50,641 bases of DNA, taken from contig CALXOP010000017.1 in assembly GCA_944390035.1 (NCBI GenBank), positions 1-50,641 on the forward strand, given 5' to 3'. Source of the DNA: an uncultured Alphaproteobacteria bacterium. Lineage in GTDB: Bacteria > Pseudomonadota > Alphaproteobacteria > RF32 > CAG-239. The notes beneath the pieces are model-generated. The model did no database searches. It was not told where the DNA came from and worked only from the letters and a program-made list of their open reading frames with translations. The translations under genes were made by a program, and so were the position numbers. Below are positions 27,751 through 36,499 of the stretch, one piece after another. The first letter of the stretch is position 1; each line of letters begins with the position of its first letter.

Positions 27751-27826
27751 GGGTGCGTAGCTCAGTTGGTAGAGCAACTGACTCTTAATCAGTGGGTCTG
27801 GGGTTCGAACCCCCACGCGCCTACCA
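27751..27826 (+). tRNA. tRNA-Lys (anticodon CUU), CCA encoded
   Basis: Folded by hand. Acceptor gggtgcg/cgcgcct (two G-U pairs), D arm gctc-agttggta-gagc, anticodon arm actga-ctCTTaa-tcagt, T arm tgggg-ttcgaac-cccca, discriminator A, then CCA. Confidence 0.96.
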
Positions 27827-27861
27827 ATAAAAGAAGGTCTCGTAAGAGGCCTTTTTTTGTT
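27808..27861 (+). repeat. direct repeat copy 1 (tRNA positions 58-76 plus terminator)
   Basis: aacccccacgcgcctaccaataaaagaaggtctcgtaagaggcctttttttgtt. Confidence 0.9.
27833..27859 (+). terminator. intrinsic terminator after tRNA-Lys
   Basis: aaggtctc-gtaa-gaggcctt followed by ttttttt. Confidence 0.8.
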
Positions 27862-27988
27862 GGCTTAGGCCAAGTTGGGTTCGAAGCCCAGAGGACTGGG
27901 GTTTGACTACAAGCGAAAGCGATACGGGGGTATCGCGGTGAGCGTTAGCTCATGAGCGCCCGTGCAACTCAAGCAAAAAGCGCAGAGT
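27862..27988 (+). other. 127-nt GC-rich structured insert between the direct repeats
   Basis: Contains a T-arm-like ttggg-ttcgaag-cccag (27875-27891), gcgatac-gggg-gtatcgc (27919-27936) and tgagc-gtta-gctca (27939-27952). Confidence 0.6.
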
Positions 27989-28043
27989 AACCCCCACGCG
28001 CCTACCAATAAAAGAAGGTCTCGTAAGAGGCCCTTTTTTTGTT
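27989..28043 (+). repeat. direct repeat copy 2 (orphan tRNA-Lys 3' end plus terminator)
   Basis: Identical to copy 1 except for one extra c before the T run (gaggccc versus gaggcc). Confidence 0.9.
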
Positions 28044-28253
28044 ATATTATCCTTGACTTTCTCATAAAACAGAGTAGGCTGAAATCACTAAAAAAATTAG
28101 TAAGATATAATTGTGTGATGGTGGTTTTATTCCGTTTATTTTTTAAGTTTCATCTTAAAAAAGCAATCACTATCAACAATTACTAAATAAAAAAATCATT
28201 ATGTGAACTGTGAAGCCCGCATACTGATTTAATTGTTTGTAATTGACCATGGG

Positions 28254-28303
28254 GAGCGCCTATAAAATTGTCTTGCAAAAGATGTTTTTTGGCGCTCTTT
28301 TTT
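28254..28303 (+). terminator. orphan terminator-like hairpin in a 330-bp non-coding stretch
   Basis: gagcgcc, a 30-nt loop, then ggcgctc followed by ttttttc. The loop contains tctt-gcaa-aaga. Confidence 0.4.
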
Positions 28304-28375
28304 CTTTCTTTCGGCTTATTAAATTTTAATTAACGGTTTTTAGCATATTTTCTTACAATAACAAGGAGTTATAAT

Positions 28376-29200
28376 ATGCTGGAAAAAGAAAAAGACCGTC
28401 TGCACCAAGAATATCGCAAATGTTTGGAAATTGCAAAACACAATAAACTATTCACCGCTCTTGCCAAAGAAAAGATACAGCACTCATACCAAGTGTTGGA
28501 TGCAGGAAACTATATTTTGAAAGAAGAAAACACCTTCAAAAACTGGTCCACCAAAAGAATCAAAGAAGCCAGGACAGCTCTTCTCTTGCATGATATTGGG
28601 CGTTTTACCGAAATTATTGCCAAGATTCAAACACCGCAACAAAACAACGATCATTGCATTTTAGGCTACAATATTTTGGCCAATATTCCTCAATATTATG
28701 ACCCTCGCATTATCATCCCGATAAAGCACCATGGTCACATGATAGAGGAGCTCTATAACGACCCGGAGTTCTATACTCAAGAAGACCCTCAACTCAAATA
28801 TGAGATTGAAAAAATTACCTTTTTGGTTCGAGATGCCGACAAAATCGCCAACTTTAAGTTGCTATCCGAAAGCGGACCAGAAATTTGGACCTTGTTTAAC
28901 ATTGAAAAAAATACTTCCCAACAAACACCTATTTCCCCAGAGGCTCTACAAACCTTTCTAAAACAAGAAGTTATCCGCTTCAAAGATGTCCACACCAACA
29001 GCGATTACATATTACTCTTGATTTGTTGGATATTTGATTTAAACTATGCCTCATCTTTTGCATATATGCAAAATAACCAGTGTTTTGAGTTTTTGGTAGA
29101 AGAACTGCGCAATTCAAACAGCGATTCTTCCGCCCAACACCGGATAGAACAAGTCCTACAAGACTTTCTACACCAAAAAGAACAACAACTCAGGGGGTAA
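28376..29200 (+). CDS. HD-domain phosphohydrolase family protein
   Basis: 274 aa with H...HDIGR...HHGH...RDADK spacing typical of the HD superfamily. RBS aaggag. Confidence 0.7.
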   Translation: MLEKEKDRLHQEYRKCLEIAKHNKLFTALAKEKIQHSYQVLDAGNYILKEENTFKNWSTKRIKEARTALLLHDIGRFTEIIAKIQTPQQNNDHCILGYNILANIPQYYDPRIIIPIKHHGHMIEELYNDPEFYTQEDPQLKYEIEKITFLVRDADKIANFKLLSESGPEIWTLFNIEKNTSQQTPISPEALQTFLKQEVIRFKDVHTNSDYILLLICWIFDLNYASSFAYMQNNQCFEFLVEELRNSNSDSSAQHRIEQVLQDFLHQKEQQLRG

Positions 29201-29202
29201 TT

Positions 29203-29994
29203 ATGAAAAAGAGATATATATTTTTAGGCCTTTTGGTCATTATCTTTGCCGGATTTTATTTCTGCGCACCATCATTGGAAAGCATTGTCAAACAAGTTGT
29301 TCACAAATACGGTTCTGCCGTTACCGGAACAGATGTTAATTTGGAAGGATTCGACATCAAATTAACTCAAGGTGAGGGCTATATCGGCAAGATTACGATT
29401 GGCAACCCCAAGAATTACAAAGAAAAGAACATTATCGAATTAGGCAGCATTTCCGTTAAAGTTGATATTAAATCTTTAACCTCAGATGTTATCATTATCG
29501 AGTCGATTGATGTAAACAAACCGGTCATTAATTATGAGATATTATCTCTGACCCAAAACAATCTGTCGCAATTACTTGAAAACATTAAAAACAACACGGC
29601 CAGCGCCGAAAAAGCCGAAACAGCTGATGCCAAACCAGCCGACACTGCAGATACCGCTGCTGCCGAAAAATCCGGCTCAAGCAAAAAAGTAGTCATCAAG
29701 AAATTAACTATTCGCAATGGTGAAATTTCTGTTGCCGCCAATGCGGTCGGTGAATTAGCCAAAGCCACACTTAACTTACCGGACATTACCTTAAACAATA
29801 TCGGTGAAGAAAAGAAAGGCGCCTCAATTGCCGGAACAATTTCAAAAGTTCTGACCAAGATTGCCGACACGGCTTACAAAACCGTCATCGACAGCAACAT
29901 TACCGATTTGAAAAATGTTGCCAAAGAAAACTTAGATAATGTTGTTGGCGGAGTTAAAGACCGTATCAAAGAAATCGGTATTTTTGGTAAATAA
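29203..29994 (+). CDS. membrane-anchored hypothetical protein
   Basis: 263 aa. An N-terminal TM helix is followed by beta-rich repeats (VNLEGFDIKL, ISVKVDIKSL, INYEI), an A/D/T/K-rich linker and a C-terminal helix. It is vaguely AsmA/DUF748-like. It starts 2 nt after the HD gene. Confidence 0.7.
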   Translation: MKKRYIFLGLLVIIFAGFYFCAPSLESIVKQVVHKYGSAVTGTDVNLEGFDIKLTQGEGYIGKITIGNPKNYKEKNIIELGSISVKVDIKSLTSDVIIIESIDVNKPVINYEILSLTQNNLSQLLENIKNNTASAEKAETADAKPADTADTAAAEKSGSSKKVVIKKLTIRNGEISVAANAVGELAKATLNLPDITLNNIGEEKKGASIAGTISKVLTKIADTAYKTVIDSNITDLKNVAKENLDNVVGGVKDRIKEIGIFGK

Positions 29995-30012
29995 AATATC
30001 TAAGAAATAAAG

Positions 30013-30042
30013 AAAAGGCGCCTGCAACGACGCCTTTTTTTT
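30013..30042. terminator. bidirectional intrinsic terminator
   Basis: aaaaggcg-cctgcaacga-cgcctttt with T and A runs on either side, between convergent genes. Confidence 0.75.
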
Positions 30043-31966
30043 ATGGCTGAAGAGCATCTCTAATTATTCCGGGCGTCAACAACTGTGGCAACAAAACATA
30101 ATGTTTTTCTGACGGATAATAAACATAGAGCGGGACGCTGTTACGACCGAATTTGGCCAAGGCATCGGCAATTTCCGGGCTCTTAGAGGTCCAGTCAGCC
30201 TTAAACAACTGAATATTTTTTGCCTTTACCAAATCTGCAAATTCTTTTGTTTCAAGCGCCATTTTTTCATTTGCCAAACAAGTAATGCACCATTTAGCCG
30301 TAAAATCAATAAAGACGGGGGAGCCGCTTTGCACCGCTTCCGTAATTTTTTGAGCATTGTAATCTTGCCAAATCACCTCACTTTTTTCCGTCTGATTGAC
30401 ATTAAGCAAATGCCACAAGACCCAAGCCAACCAAAAACAAGTAAGCAAGACGGGAATAGCAAAAATCTTCTTCAAGATGCTCATCCATTTTCCAGGTTTT
30501 GGCAAAATCCGCGACAAAATTCTCGGGAAAAAGGCAATCAAGGCAAAGGGAAGGGCATAGCCCAAACTCAGCGCCACAAAAATCGGATAATACACATAAA
30601 TCGGCTTAGACAGTGTATAGCCGATGGCAATTCCCATAAACGGTGCCGTACAAGGACTGGCAATAAGCACGGCAAACAACCCCGTAAAAAAGGCATTAAC
30701 CTTTTGCTTTGCAAAAGAAATACGTCCAACCTTGTTGGCAAACGGGTTTTTGAGATTAATGAGGTCAAGCAACATTAAGAATATAACAAAGAACACCACA
30801 ATCATACAGGCAACAAAGACCGGCGATTGAAGTTGAAAGCCCCAACCGATATGTTCTCCTTGCATACGTAAAACAATCAACAGACTGGCCATAATCACAA
30901 AACAAACCACCACTCCCAACACGTAGAATATGGCTTCTATTCGGGCTCGTCTTTTATTATAAGCTCCTTGTACCAAAGCAATCGCCTTAATTGAGAGAAT
31001 AGGGAAGATACAAGGCATAAAGTTAAGCACAATTCCGCCCACAAAGGCCATAAGCAAAATCCAGCCCAAACTCACTTCTCCGTATTTTTCGACCAAAGGC
31101 AAAGATTGTACTCCGGGCTGATACATAGGGCTCAAAGCATAAGCACGCCGGTGATGTGCCTTTTCAATCAACAAAACACCGTCGCTATTTTGCACAGAAC
31201 TATCCAGCAACGGAATTTCCAAAGAATAATTGCCTTCATCATCTTGTCCCAGCTTAGGAACGGCAACATTATCTATTTTATCGCGTTGATTGGGAATAAA
31301 CCACACATTTTCCGCTTGATAAAACAAACCTTTATGCTGAGATTCCAGCCTTAATATCAGCTTATCTTCCGAGACATCAAAAAAACTTTTTCCTTTCCAC
31401 TTCAGCGGAAAGGTATTTTCGGCTCTCAGAGCTTCATCTTGCCAATACTGTTGAGGATGACGATTTCCCGCTTCATCTTGCTCATGCATGGGCAGCGCCA
31501 CTCTAACCGTTTCCGGCACACACTCTTCTCTACAAGCCAACCAAGAAACTTTTGCCTCTAAGACTTGAGGCGAGGGTAAATGCTCTTTATCCGACAATGT
31601 GAGACGATATTTCCAATAAGCACTTTGCCCATACCCATACAAAACCAAGCCATCGGCATCATACTTTTGTGGGGCACTATGTCCGAGGGCTTGAATTTGT
31701 ATATTTGGTGGTAATTTCCAAGAGATTTGTGTCGGCAAGCCTGCATCACCGGGATTATCCCAATAAATATGCCACCCATTTTGCGGCGTAACTCTAACCA
31801 AAACATCTAAAGGTGCATTTCTTTGCAAAGTCGAAAAAGCACTTAAAACCTCAACGCTTACCTTATCGGTTTGCGCTTTTGCACTCAAAGCAAAGCTCTG
31901 CTTTGGCAAAAACAGAGCCGCAATGAATACGATGCAAAAAATTTTAAATAATTTGCGCACAAACAC
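30041..31966 (-). CDS. DsbD/ScsB-like thiol:disulfide interchange protein
   Basis: 641 aa. Signal peptide, N-terminal domain with WLACREECVPE, TM core with the conserved FMPCIFPIL and ASPCTAPF cysteines, and a C-terminal thioredoxin fold (WCITC). Confidence 0.8.
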   Translation of the reverse strand: MFVRKLFKIFCIVFIAALFLPKQSFALSAKAQTDKVSVEVLSAFSTLQRNAPLDVLVRVTPQNGWHIYWDNPGDAGLPTQISWKLPPNIQIQALGHSAPQKYDADGLVLYGYGQSAYWKYRLTLSDKEHLPSPQVLEAKVSWLACREECVPETVRVALPMHEQDEAGNRHPQQYWQDEALRAENTFPLKWKGKSFFDVSEDKLILRLESQHKGLFYQAENVWFIPNQRDKIDNVAVPKLGQDDEGNYSLEIPLLDSSVQNSDGVLLIEKAHHRRAYALSPMYQPGVQSLPLVEKYGEVSLGWILLMAFVGGIVLNFMPCIFPILSIKAIALVQGAYNKRRARIEAIFYVLGVVVCFVIMASLLIVLRMQGEHIGWGFQLQSPVFVACMIVVFFVIFLMLLDLINLKNPFANKVGRISFAKQKVNAFFTGLFAVLIASPCTAPFMGIAIGYTLSKPIYVYYPIFVALSLGYALPFALIAFFPRILSRILPKPGKWMSILKKIFAIPVLLTCFWLAWVLWHLLNVNQTEKSEVIWQDYNAQKITEAVQSGSPVFIDFTAKWCITCLANEKMALETKEFADLVKAKNIQLFKADWTSKSPEIADALAKFGRNSVPLYVYYPSEKHYVLLPQLLTPGIIRDALQP

Positions 31967-31969
31967 CCC

Positions 31970-32689
31970 TTATTTTTTATTAGTTTTACGCGGAGCAATA
32001 ACAAAGTTATAATAAGCCGTTGCAATCACGCTCAAAGCCTTAACAAAAGACAAGCACCCCAAAATAATGGCAATCGGCAAAAACCACCCCGGCACCAAAC
32101 ACAAGATAATGAAAGCCACTATAACTTCGGCACCTTGAGCAAAGCCGCCCAAATAAAAAGGAGATTGCTTAACTTCCGGTTGTTGCGGCGCATTGTAACG
32201 ATAGGCAATCACGCCATAAGACAATAAAGTAGCGGCGGCAGCCATAAATCCAAACATAAGAAAAGCAGCGGCAACGGCATTTTGCGCCGGATTAGCCAAA
32301 GCAAAACCTAAGATAACGCCGGCATAAAAGATATAATCCAAGGCCGCGTCTAAGAAAACACCAAATGCAGTTGTACCGGCATATTTGGCAATAGCCCCGT
32401 CTAAGGCATCAAACAGACGGTTCAGCAAAATACACAACAAAGCATAGCCATACATCCCCATAGCCAAGAAATTAATTGCCGACAACCCGATAACAAATCC
32501 CATCACCGACACCACATTGGCCGAAATACCGATTTTATGCAAAGATTTGCCAACATTATCAATACCCTGATACGACCAATGATAAACTTTTGTACACAAA
32601 TCACGGCAATTCATAAAAATATCCTTGATTTTAGCGCTCAGAGATTTAAATTTCTGATTATCTGTAAAGGCTTTTACTTTCTCAAACAT
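31970..32689 (-). CDS. CDP-alcohol phosphatidyltransferase family protein
   Basis: DALDGAIAKYAGTTAFGVFLDAALDYI matches DG..A+...G...D...D. The protein is multi-TM. The substrate is not inferable. Confidence 0.8.
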   Translation of the reverse strand: MFEKVKAFTDNQKFKSLSAKIKDIFMNCRDLCTKVYHWSYQGIDNVGKSLHKIGISANVVSVMGFVIGLSAINFLAMGMYGYALLCILLNRLFDALDGAIAKYAGTTAFGVFLDAALDYIFYAGVILGFALANPAQNAVAAAFLMFGFMAAAATLLSYGVIAYRYNAPQQPEVKQSPFYLGGFAQGAEVIVAFIILCLVPGWFLPIAIILGCLSFVKALSVIATAYYNFVIAPRKTNKK

Positions 32690-32805
32690 AACTTTGACCT
32701 TTCATAACATGAACGAAATGAACACTATATATATGTTAAAATAGTTTTCATTTAAAGTAAAACCCAGAAACAGAGTTATCAAGTCATAAAAAAAAGAGGT
32801 TAACC

Positions 32806-33831
32806 GTGAAATCCAAATTACTCAAATACTCATTTTTCTTGCTCTTGGCTGTTACAATTTTCTTTTATTATACTTTTTCCAGACAGCCCTATCAGATTAT
32901 GTCGGGCGAAACAATGAATACCTATTATCGCATTAAGATTCGCTCAACCAAAGAAGATAATCTGTTGCACAACAGTATCAAAAAGGAATTACAACGCATC
33001 AATGAGGAAATGTCGGTATTTGACGGTAATTCCGAAATCAGCCTCATCAATCGAGACGACACCGGAGATTGGATTGAACTTTCTCCGGAGATGGCCACGG
33101 TTATGAAGGCGGCCTATAATGTTTATATGCAAAGCAACGGCTATTTTGACCCGACGGTTGGTCGTCTGGTGGATTTATGGGGCTTTGGCACCAAAGAAAG
33201 CACTCAAAAAGTTCCTGACGAAAAGTTAATTAAAGAAACTCTCAAGAGTACCGGCTTTGATAAATTACGTTTTAGCAACAATTTCACTAAGGTCAAAAAG
33301 ACCAATCCGGACACCAAAATCAATTTATCCGCCATTGCCAAAGGCTATGGCGTAGATAGAATTGCCGCCCTTTTGGAAGAAAACGGCTATACCGACTATA
33401 TTGTTGAAATCGGCGGAGAGGTCAAAGCAAAAGGGGACCGCAACAAAGACACCAAAGGCTGGAACGTAGCCGTTGTCAAACCCAACACCCAAACCAATGA
33501 AAACGCGTATATTGTGCCGCTCAAAGATTATGCGGTCGCCACTTCGGGCGATTATCGCAACTTTTTCTATTATAATGAAAAACGCTATTCTCATACCATT
33601 TCGCCCAAAACCGGCTATCCGGTAGAGCATAATTTAGCCTCTGCCACGGTTTTTCACAAAAACTGTACAACGGCTGATGCCTTGGCAACGGCCATTATGG
33701 CAATGGGCGAAAAACAAGGCCTAAAATTTGCCAACGACAACAACCTCTTTGTCATTTTGTTTGTAAGAGAAGACGGCAACAACTTTAAGCCGCTTCTTTC
33801 CAACAAAGCCCAAAAGGAATTGGAGGAATAA
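32806..33831 (+). CDS. apbE: FAD:protein FMN transferase ApbE
   Basis: GTG start with RBS aagagg. Contains MNTYYRIKI, FDPTVGRLVDLWGFG, AKGYGVD, VEIGGE, VATSGDY, HTISPKTGYP and ADALATA. Confidence 0.85.
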   Translation: MKSKLLKYSFFLLLAVTIFFYYTFSRQPYQIMSGETMNTYYRIKIRSTKEDNLLHNSIKKELQRINEEMSVFDGNSEISLINRDDTGDWIELSPEMATVMKAAYNVYMQSNGYFDPTVGRLVDLWGFGTKESTQKVPDEKLIKETLKSTGFDKLRFSNNFTKVKKTNPDTKINLSAIAKGYGVDRIAALLEENGYTDYIVEIGGEVKAKGDRNKDTKGWNVAVVKPNTQTNENAYIVPLKDYAVATSGDYRNFFYYNEKRYSHTISPKTGYPVEHNLASATVFHKNCTTADALATAIMAMGEKQGLKFANDNNLFVILFVREDGNNFKPLLSNKAQKELEE

Positions 33832-34260
33832 GTGTCCACGCTCACACAAACCGGAACCATTACAGACATCTCAGCCCAAGAAATTCATATATCCTTGGAC
33901 CAAAAATCGAGTTGTGGGGCTTGTGCACACCTAAAAGACTGTGCCTTAAAGAATTGTCAAAAGCGGTTGATAACACTTCCACGCACGCCTGATGTTAAAG
34001 CCACAATCGGGCAGCAGGTAACGCTCAGTATCTCCACACGCCAAAGTTGGCTGGCTCTGGTCATGGGATTTTTAATTCCTCTGGGCATACTGGTTGCCTG
34101 TTTAGGCACCATGAGCATTTTATTGCATCAAACTGACAATTTTTCTGCCCTGGCTGCCTTATTAGCCGTCGCCGTATATTATGTTTTGTTATTTCTATTC
34201 AAGCCAAAGCTAAATAAAACTTTTGCCATCCGCGTTTCTTCGGAATTATCTGGGGAATAA
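33832..34260 (+). CDS. RseC/MucC-family (SoxR-reducing system) membrane protein
   Basis: GTG start abutting the apbE stop (RBS ggagga). The N-terminal part has SSCGACAHLKDC, followed by two TM helices. Confidence 0.65.
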   Translation: MSTLTQTGTITDISAQEIHISLDQKSSCGACAHLKDCALKNCQKRLITLPRTPDVKATIGQQVTLSISTRQSWLALVMGFLIPLGILVACLGTMSILLHQTDNFSALAALLAVAVYYVLLFLFKPKLNKTFAIRVSSELSGE

Positions 34261-34328
34261 CGCGAAAAACACTTTTGCTTGAGCACAAATATGATAAAGT
34301 CTGACCAGTTGAGTTTAAGGAAAAGAAA

Positions 34329-35171
34329 ATGACGGATACCTTTTGGTTAAATATCTTGATTGTTGGCGGCATTGCACTGTGTGCGGCAATTATGCTCTAT
34401 ATAACCGCCAAAAAGTTTTCGATTCAAACCGATGCTAAAGAAAGCCAAATCGATGAAGTTTTACCGCAAGCAAATTGCGGCGGATGCGGCTTTATCGGTT
34501 GCAAAGACTTTGCAAAAGCCTGTGCTCAATCCACGGCTAAGAGCTTTTCGGCCCTTTATTGCCCGGTCGGCGCAGCGGAAGTCATGCAAAAAGTCGCAGA
34601 TATTTTAGGATATTCTACACCCAAAAGAAAAGACACTTGTGCCGTTTTGCGCTGCAACGGAACCTGCCAAGCCGCTCCCAAAAAAATTGAGTATGACGGC
34701 CTGAAAAATTGCCGTGTTGCCAATCTGACCATGATAGGTGAGGCTGAATGCCCCGATGGATGTCTGCGTTTTGGGGATTGCGTCAAGGTGTGCCAATTCG
34801 GAGCACTCAGTATCAACCCGCAAACCGGCCTGCCAACCGTTGATGCAAACAAATGCACTTCTTGCGGAGCTTGTGCCAATATTTGTCCGCGCCATTTATT
34901 AGAAATTCGTCCCATTGACCACAATCAACAAATTTTTGTAGCCTGCAACAACAAGCAAAAAGGGGCCTTAGCGCGCAAAAATTGCCAAAATGCCTGCATC
35001 GCTTGCAAAAAATGCGCCTCAATTTGTGCCGCAATTAAGGTAGAACAAAATCTGGCGTATATTCCAACCACTGTATCACCGCAAGAATTCGGCACCAAAT
35101 TACAAGAAAATTGCCCAACCGGTGCCATTATTTACAAATCACAAGTCAAAAGAGAGAAAACTAATGTGTAA
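34329..35171 (+). CDS. rnfB: Rnf electron transport complex subunit B
   Basis: N-terminal TM helix, CGGCGFIGCKDFAKAC and several CxxCxxCxxxCP ferredoxin motifs. Confidence 0.85.
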   Translation: MTDTFWLNILIVGGIALCAAIMLYITAKKFSIQTDAKESQIDEVLPQANCGGCGFIGCKDFAKACAQSTAKSFSALYCPVGAAEVMQKVADILGYSTPKRKDTCAVLRCNGTCQAAPKKIEYDGLKNCRVANLTMIGEAECPDGCLRFGDCVKVCQFGALSINPQTGLPTVDANKCTSCGACANICPRHLLEIRPIDHNQQIFVACNNKQKGALARKNCQNACIACKKCASICAAIKVEQNLAYIPTTVSPQEFGTKLQENCPTGAIIYKSQVKREKTNV

Positions 35172-36489
35172 CAAAAAGACATTTCCGCTCGGAGGCTTAC
35201 ATCTCAACAAACAAAAAATTTCGGCTTTATCTCCGATACAAGATGCCGGAATTCCACCGCTGGTGTATATTCCCGTTAAGCAACATATCGGCACCCCGGC
35301 ACAAATTATCGTAGCACCGGGCGACAAGGTAAAAATCGGCACTTTGCTGGCAAAGGCTAATGGCGCACTGTCGGCCAATATTCATGCATCTGTTGCCGGA
35401 GAAGTCAAAAAAATTGAAGAAATTCAAGGCGAAAAAGGCTATTTTGAGCAAGTTATCACTATCCAAACCTCCGCCGACGAATACGAAGCCGAGATTGATA
35501 CCTCTCCGGACATTAACAGCAATATTCCGCAAGACGTCGAAGAAATCCGCCAAAAGATTACGGCCGCCGGCCTTGTCGGCATGGGAGGAGCCGGTTTTCC
35601 AACCCCCATCAAGACCACTATTCCCGAAAACAAGTCCGTTCAATATCTGATAATCAACGGAATAGAATGTGAGCCATATCTGACGGCTGACGGCGCATTA
35701 ATGCTTGAAAAGCCAGAACAAATTGTCATTGGGGCCAAACTGCTCAATAAAGTTTTAGGCATCCAAAATGCCATTATCGCCATTGATGAAAATAAGCCTC
35801 AGGCCATTGCCAAGATCACCCAAGTCACCAAACGCTATGTTGGCGTCAATGTTGCGGTTTGCAAAAGCAAATATCCGCAAGGCGGTGAAAAACAATTAAT
35901 TACAGCCATAACGGGGAGGGAGGTTCCCGCAGGCAAACTGCCCATTGATGCAGGTTGCGTTGTGCAAAATGTTGCCACAACTTATGCCGTATATGAAGCC
36001 GTTATGAAAAATAAGCCCTTATACGAGAGAATAGTAACCGTCAGCGGAGATCCGTCATTGACCACCGCCGGCAATTATCTCACCCGCATCGGCACGCCGG
36101 CAGAATATTTATTAGACAAAGCACACACCAACAAGAGCCAAATCGGCAAATTGCTTTTTGGCGGACCGATGATGGGCGTCTCAGCCGTTTCTCTTCAAGC
36201 TCCGATAACCAAGAAAACCGGGGGTTTAGTCGTAATAGATACGGCCTCATCTCTCAGACAAGACGAAACTTGTTGTATTCGTTGCGGCAAATGTGCCGAA
36301 GTCTGCCCCATGGGATTAATGCCTTTTGCCATTGCCTCCAATTTACGTCGCAACAACACGGCGCCGCTCAAAGCATTGCATGTTGCCGACTGTATAGAAT
36401 GTGGCGCTTGCTCTTATATCTGTCCGGCAAAGGTTCCGTTGGTGGACTACTGCAAACTTGGAAAATATGAAGTAAACAAACAAAAATAG
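35164..36489 (+). CDS. rnfC: Rnf complex subunit C
   Basis: Track ORF trimmed to MCNKKTFPLGG at 35164 (8-nt overlap with rnfB). Contains GMGGAGFPT, INGIECEPYLTAD and two C-terminal 4Fe-4S motifs. Confidence 0.9.
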   Translation: MCNKKTFPLGGLHLNKQKISALSPIQDAGIPPLVYIPVKQHIGTPAQIIVAPGDKVKIGTLLAKANGALSANIHASVAGEVKKIEEIQGEKGYFEQVITIQTSADEYEAEIDTSPDINSNIPQDVEEIRQKITAAGLVGMGGAGFPTPIKTTIPENKSVQYLIINGIECEPYLTADGALMLEKPEQIVIGAKLLNKVLGIQNAIIAIDENKPQAIAKITQVTKRYVGVNVAVCKSKYPQGGEKQLITAITGREVPAGKLPIDAGCVVQNVATTYAVYEAVMKNKPLYERIVTVSGDPSLTTAGNYLTRIGTPAEYLLDKAHTNKSQIGKLLFGGPMMGVSAVSLQAPITKKTGGLVVIDTASSLRQDETCCIRCGKCAEVCPMGLMPFAIASNLRRNNTAPLKALHVADCIECGACSYICPAKVPLVDYCKLGKYEVNKQK

Positions 36490-36499
36490 GACTTTATAG

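Noticed and set aside
27862-28007. Possibility that the insert plus the orphan tRNA 3' end is a permuted (two-piece) alphaproteobacterial tmRNA gene.
   Set aside because: No 5' strand complementary to the acceptor 3' strand (cgcgcct) is present. The only short frame ends in AKSAE and not in an (A/V/L)AA-type tag. The preceding copy is a complete ordinary tRNA-Lys. I cannot run ARAGORN, so this remains formally untested.
27962-28186. 74-aa track ORF spanning the second repeat.
   Set aside because: It is translated through a tRNA fragment and a terminator, and it has no RBS and a basic junk-like composition.
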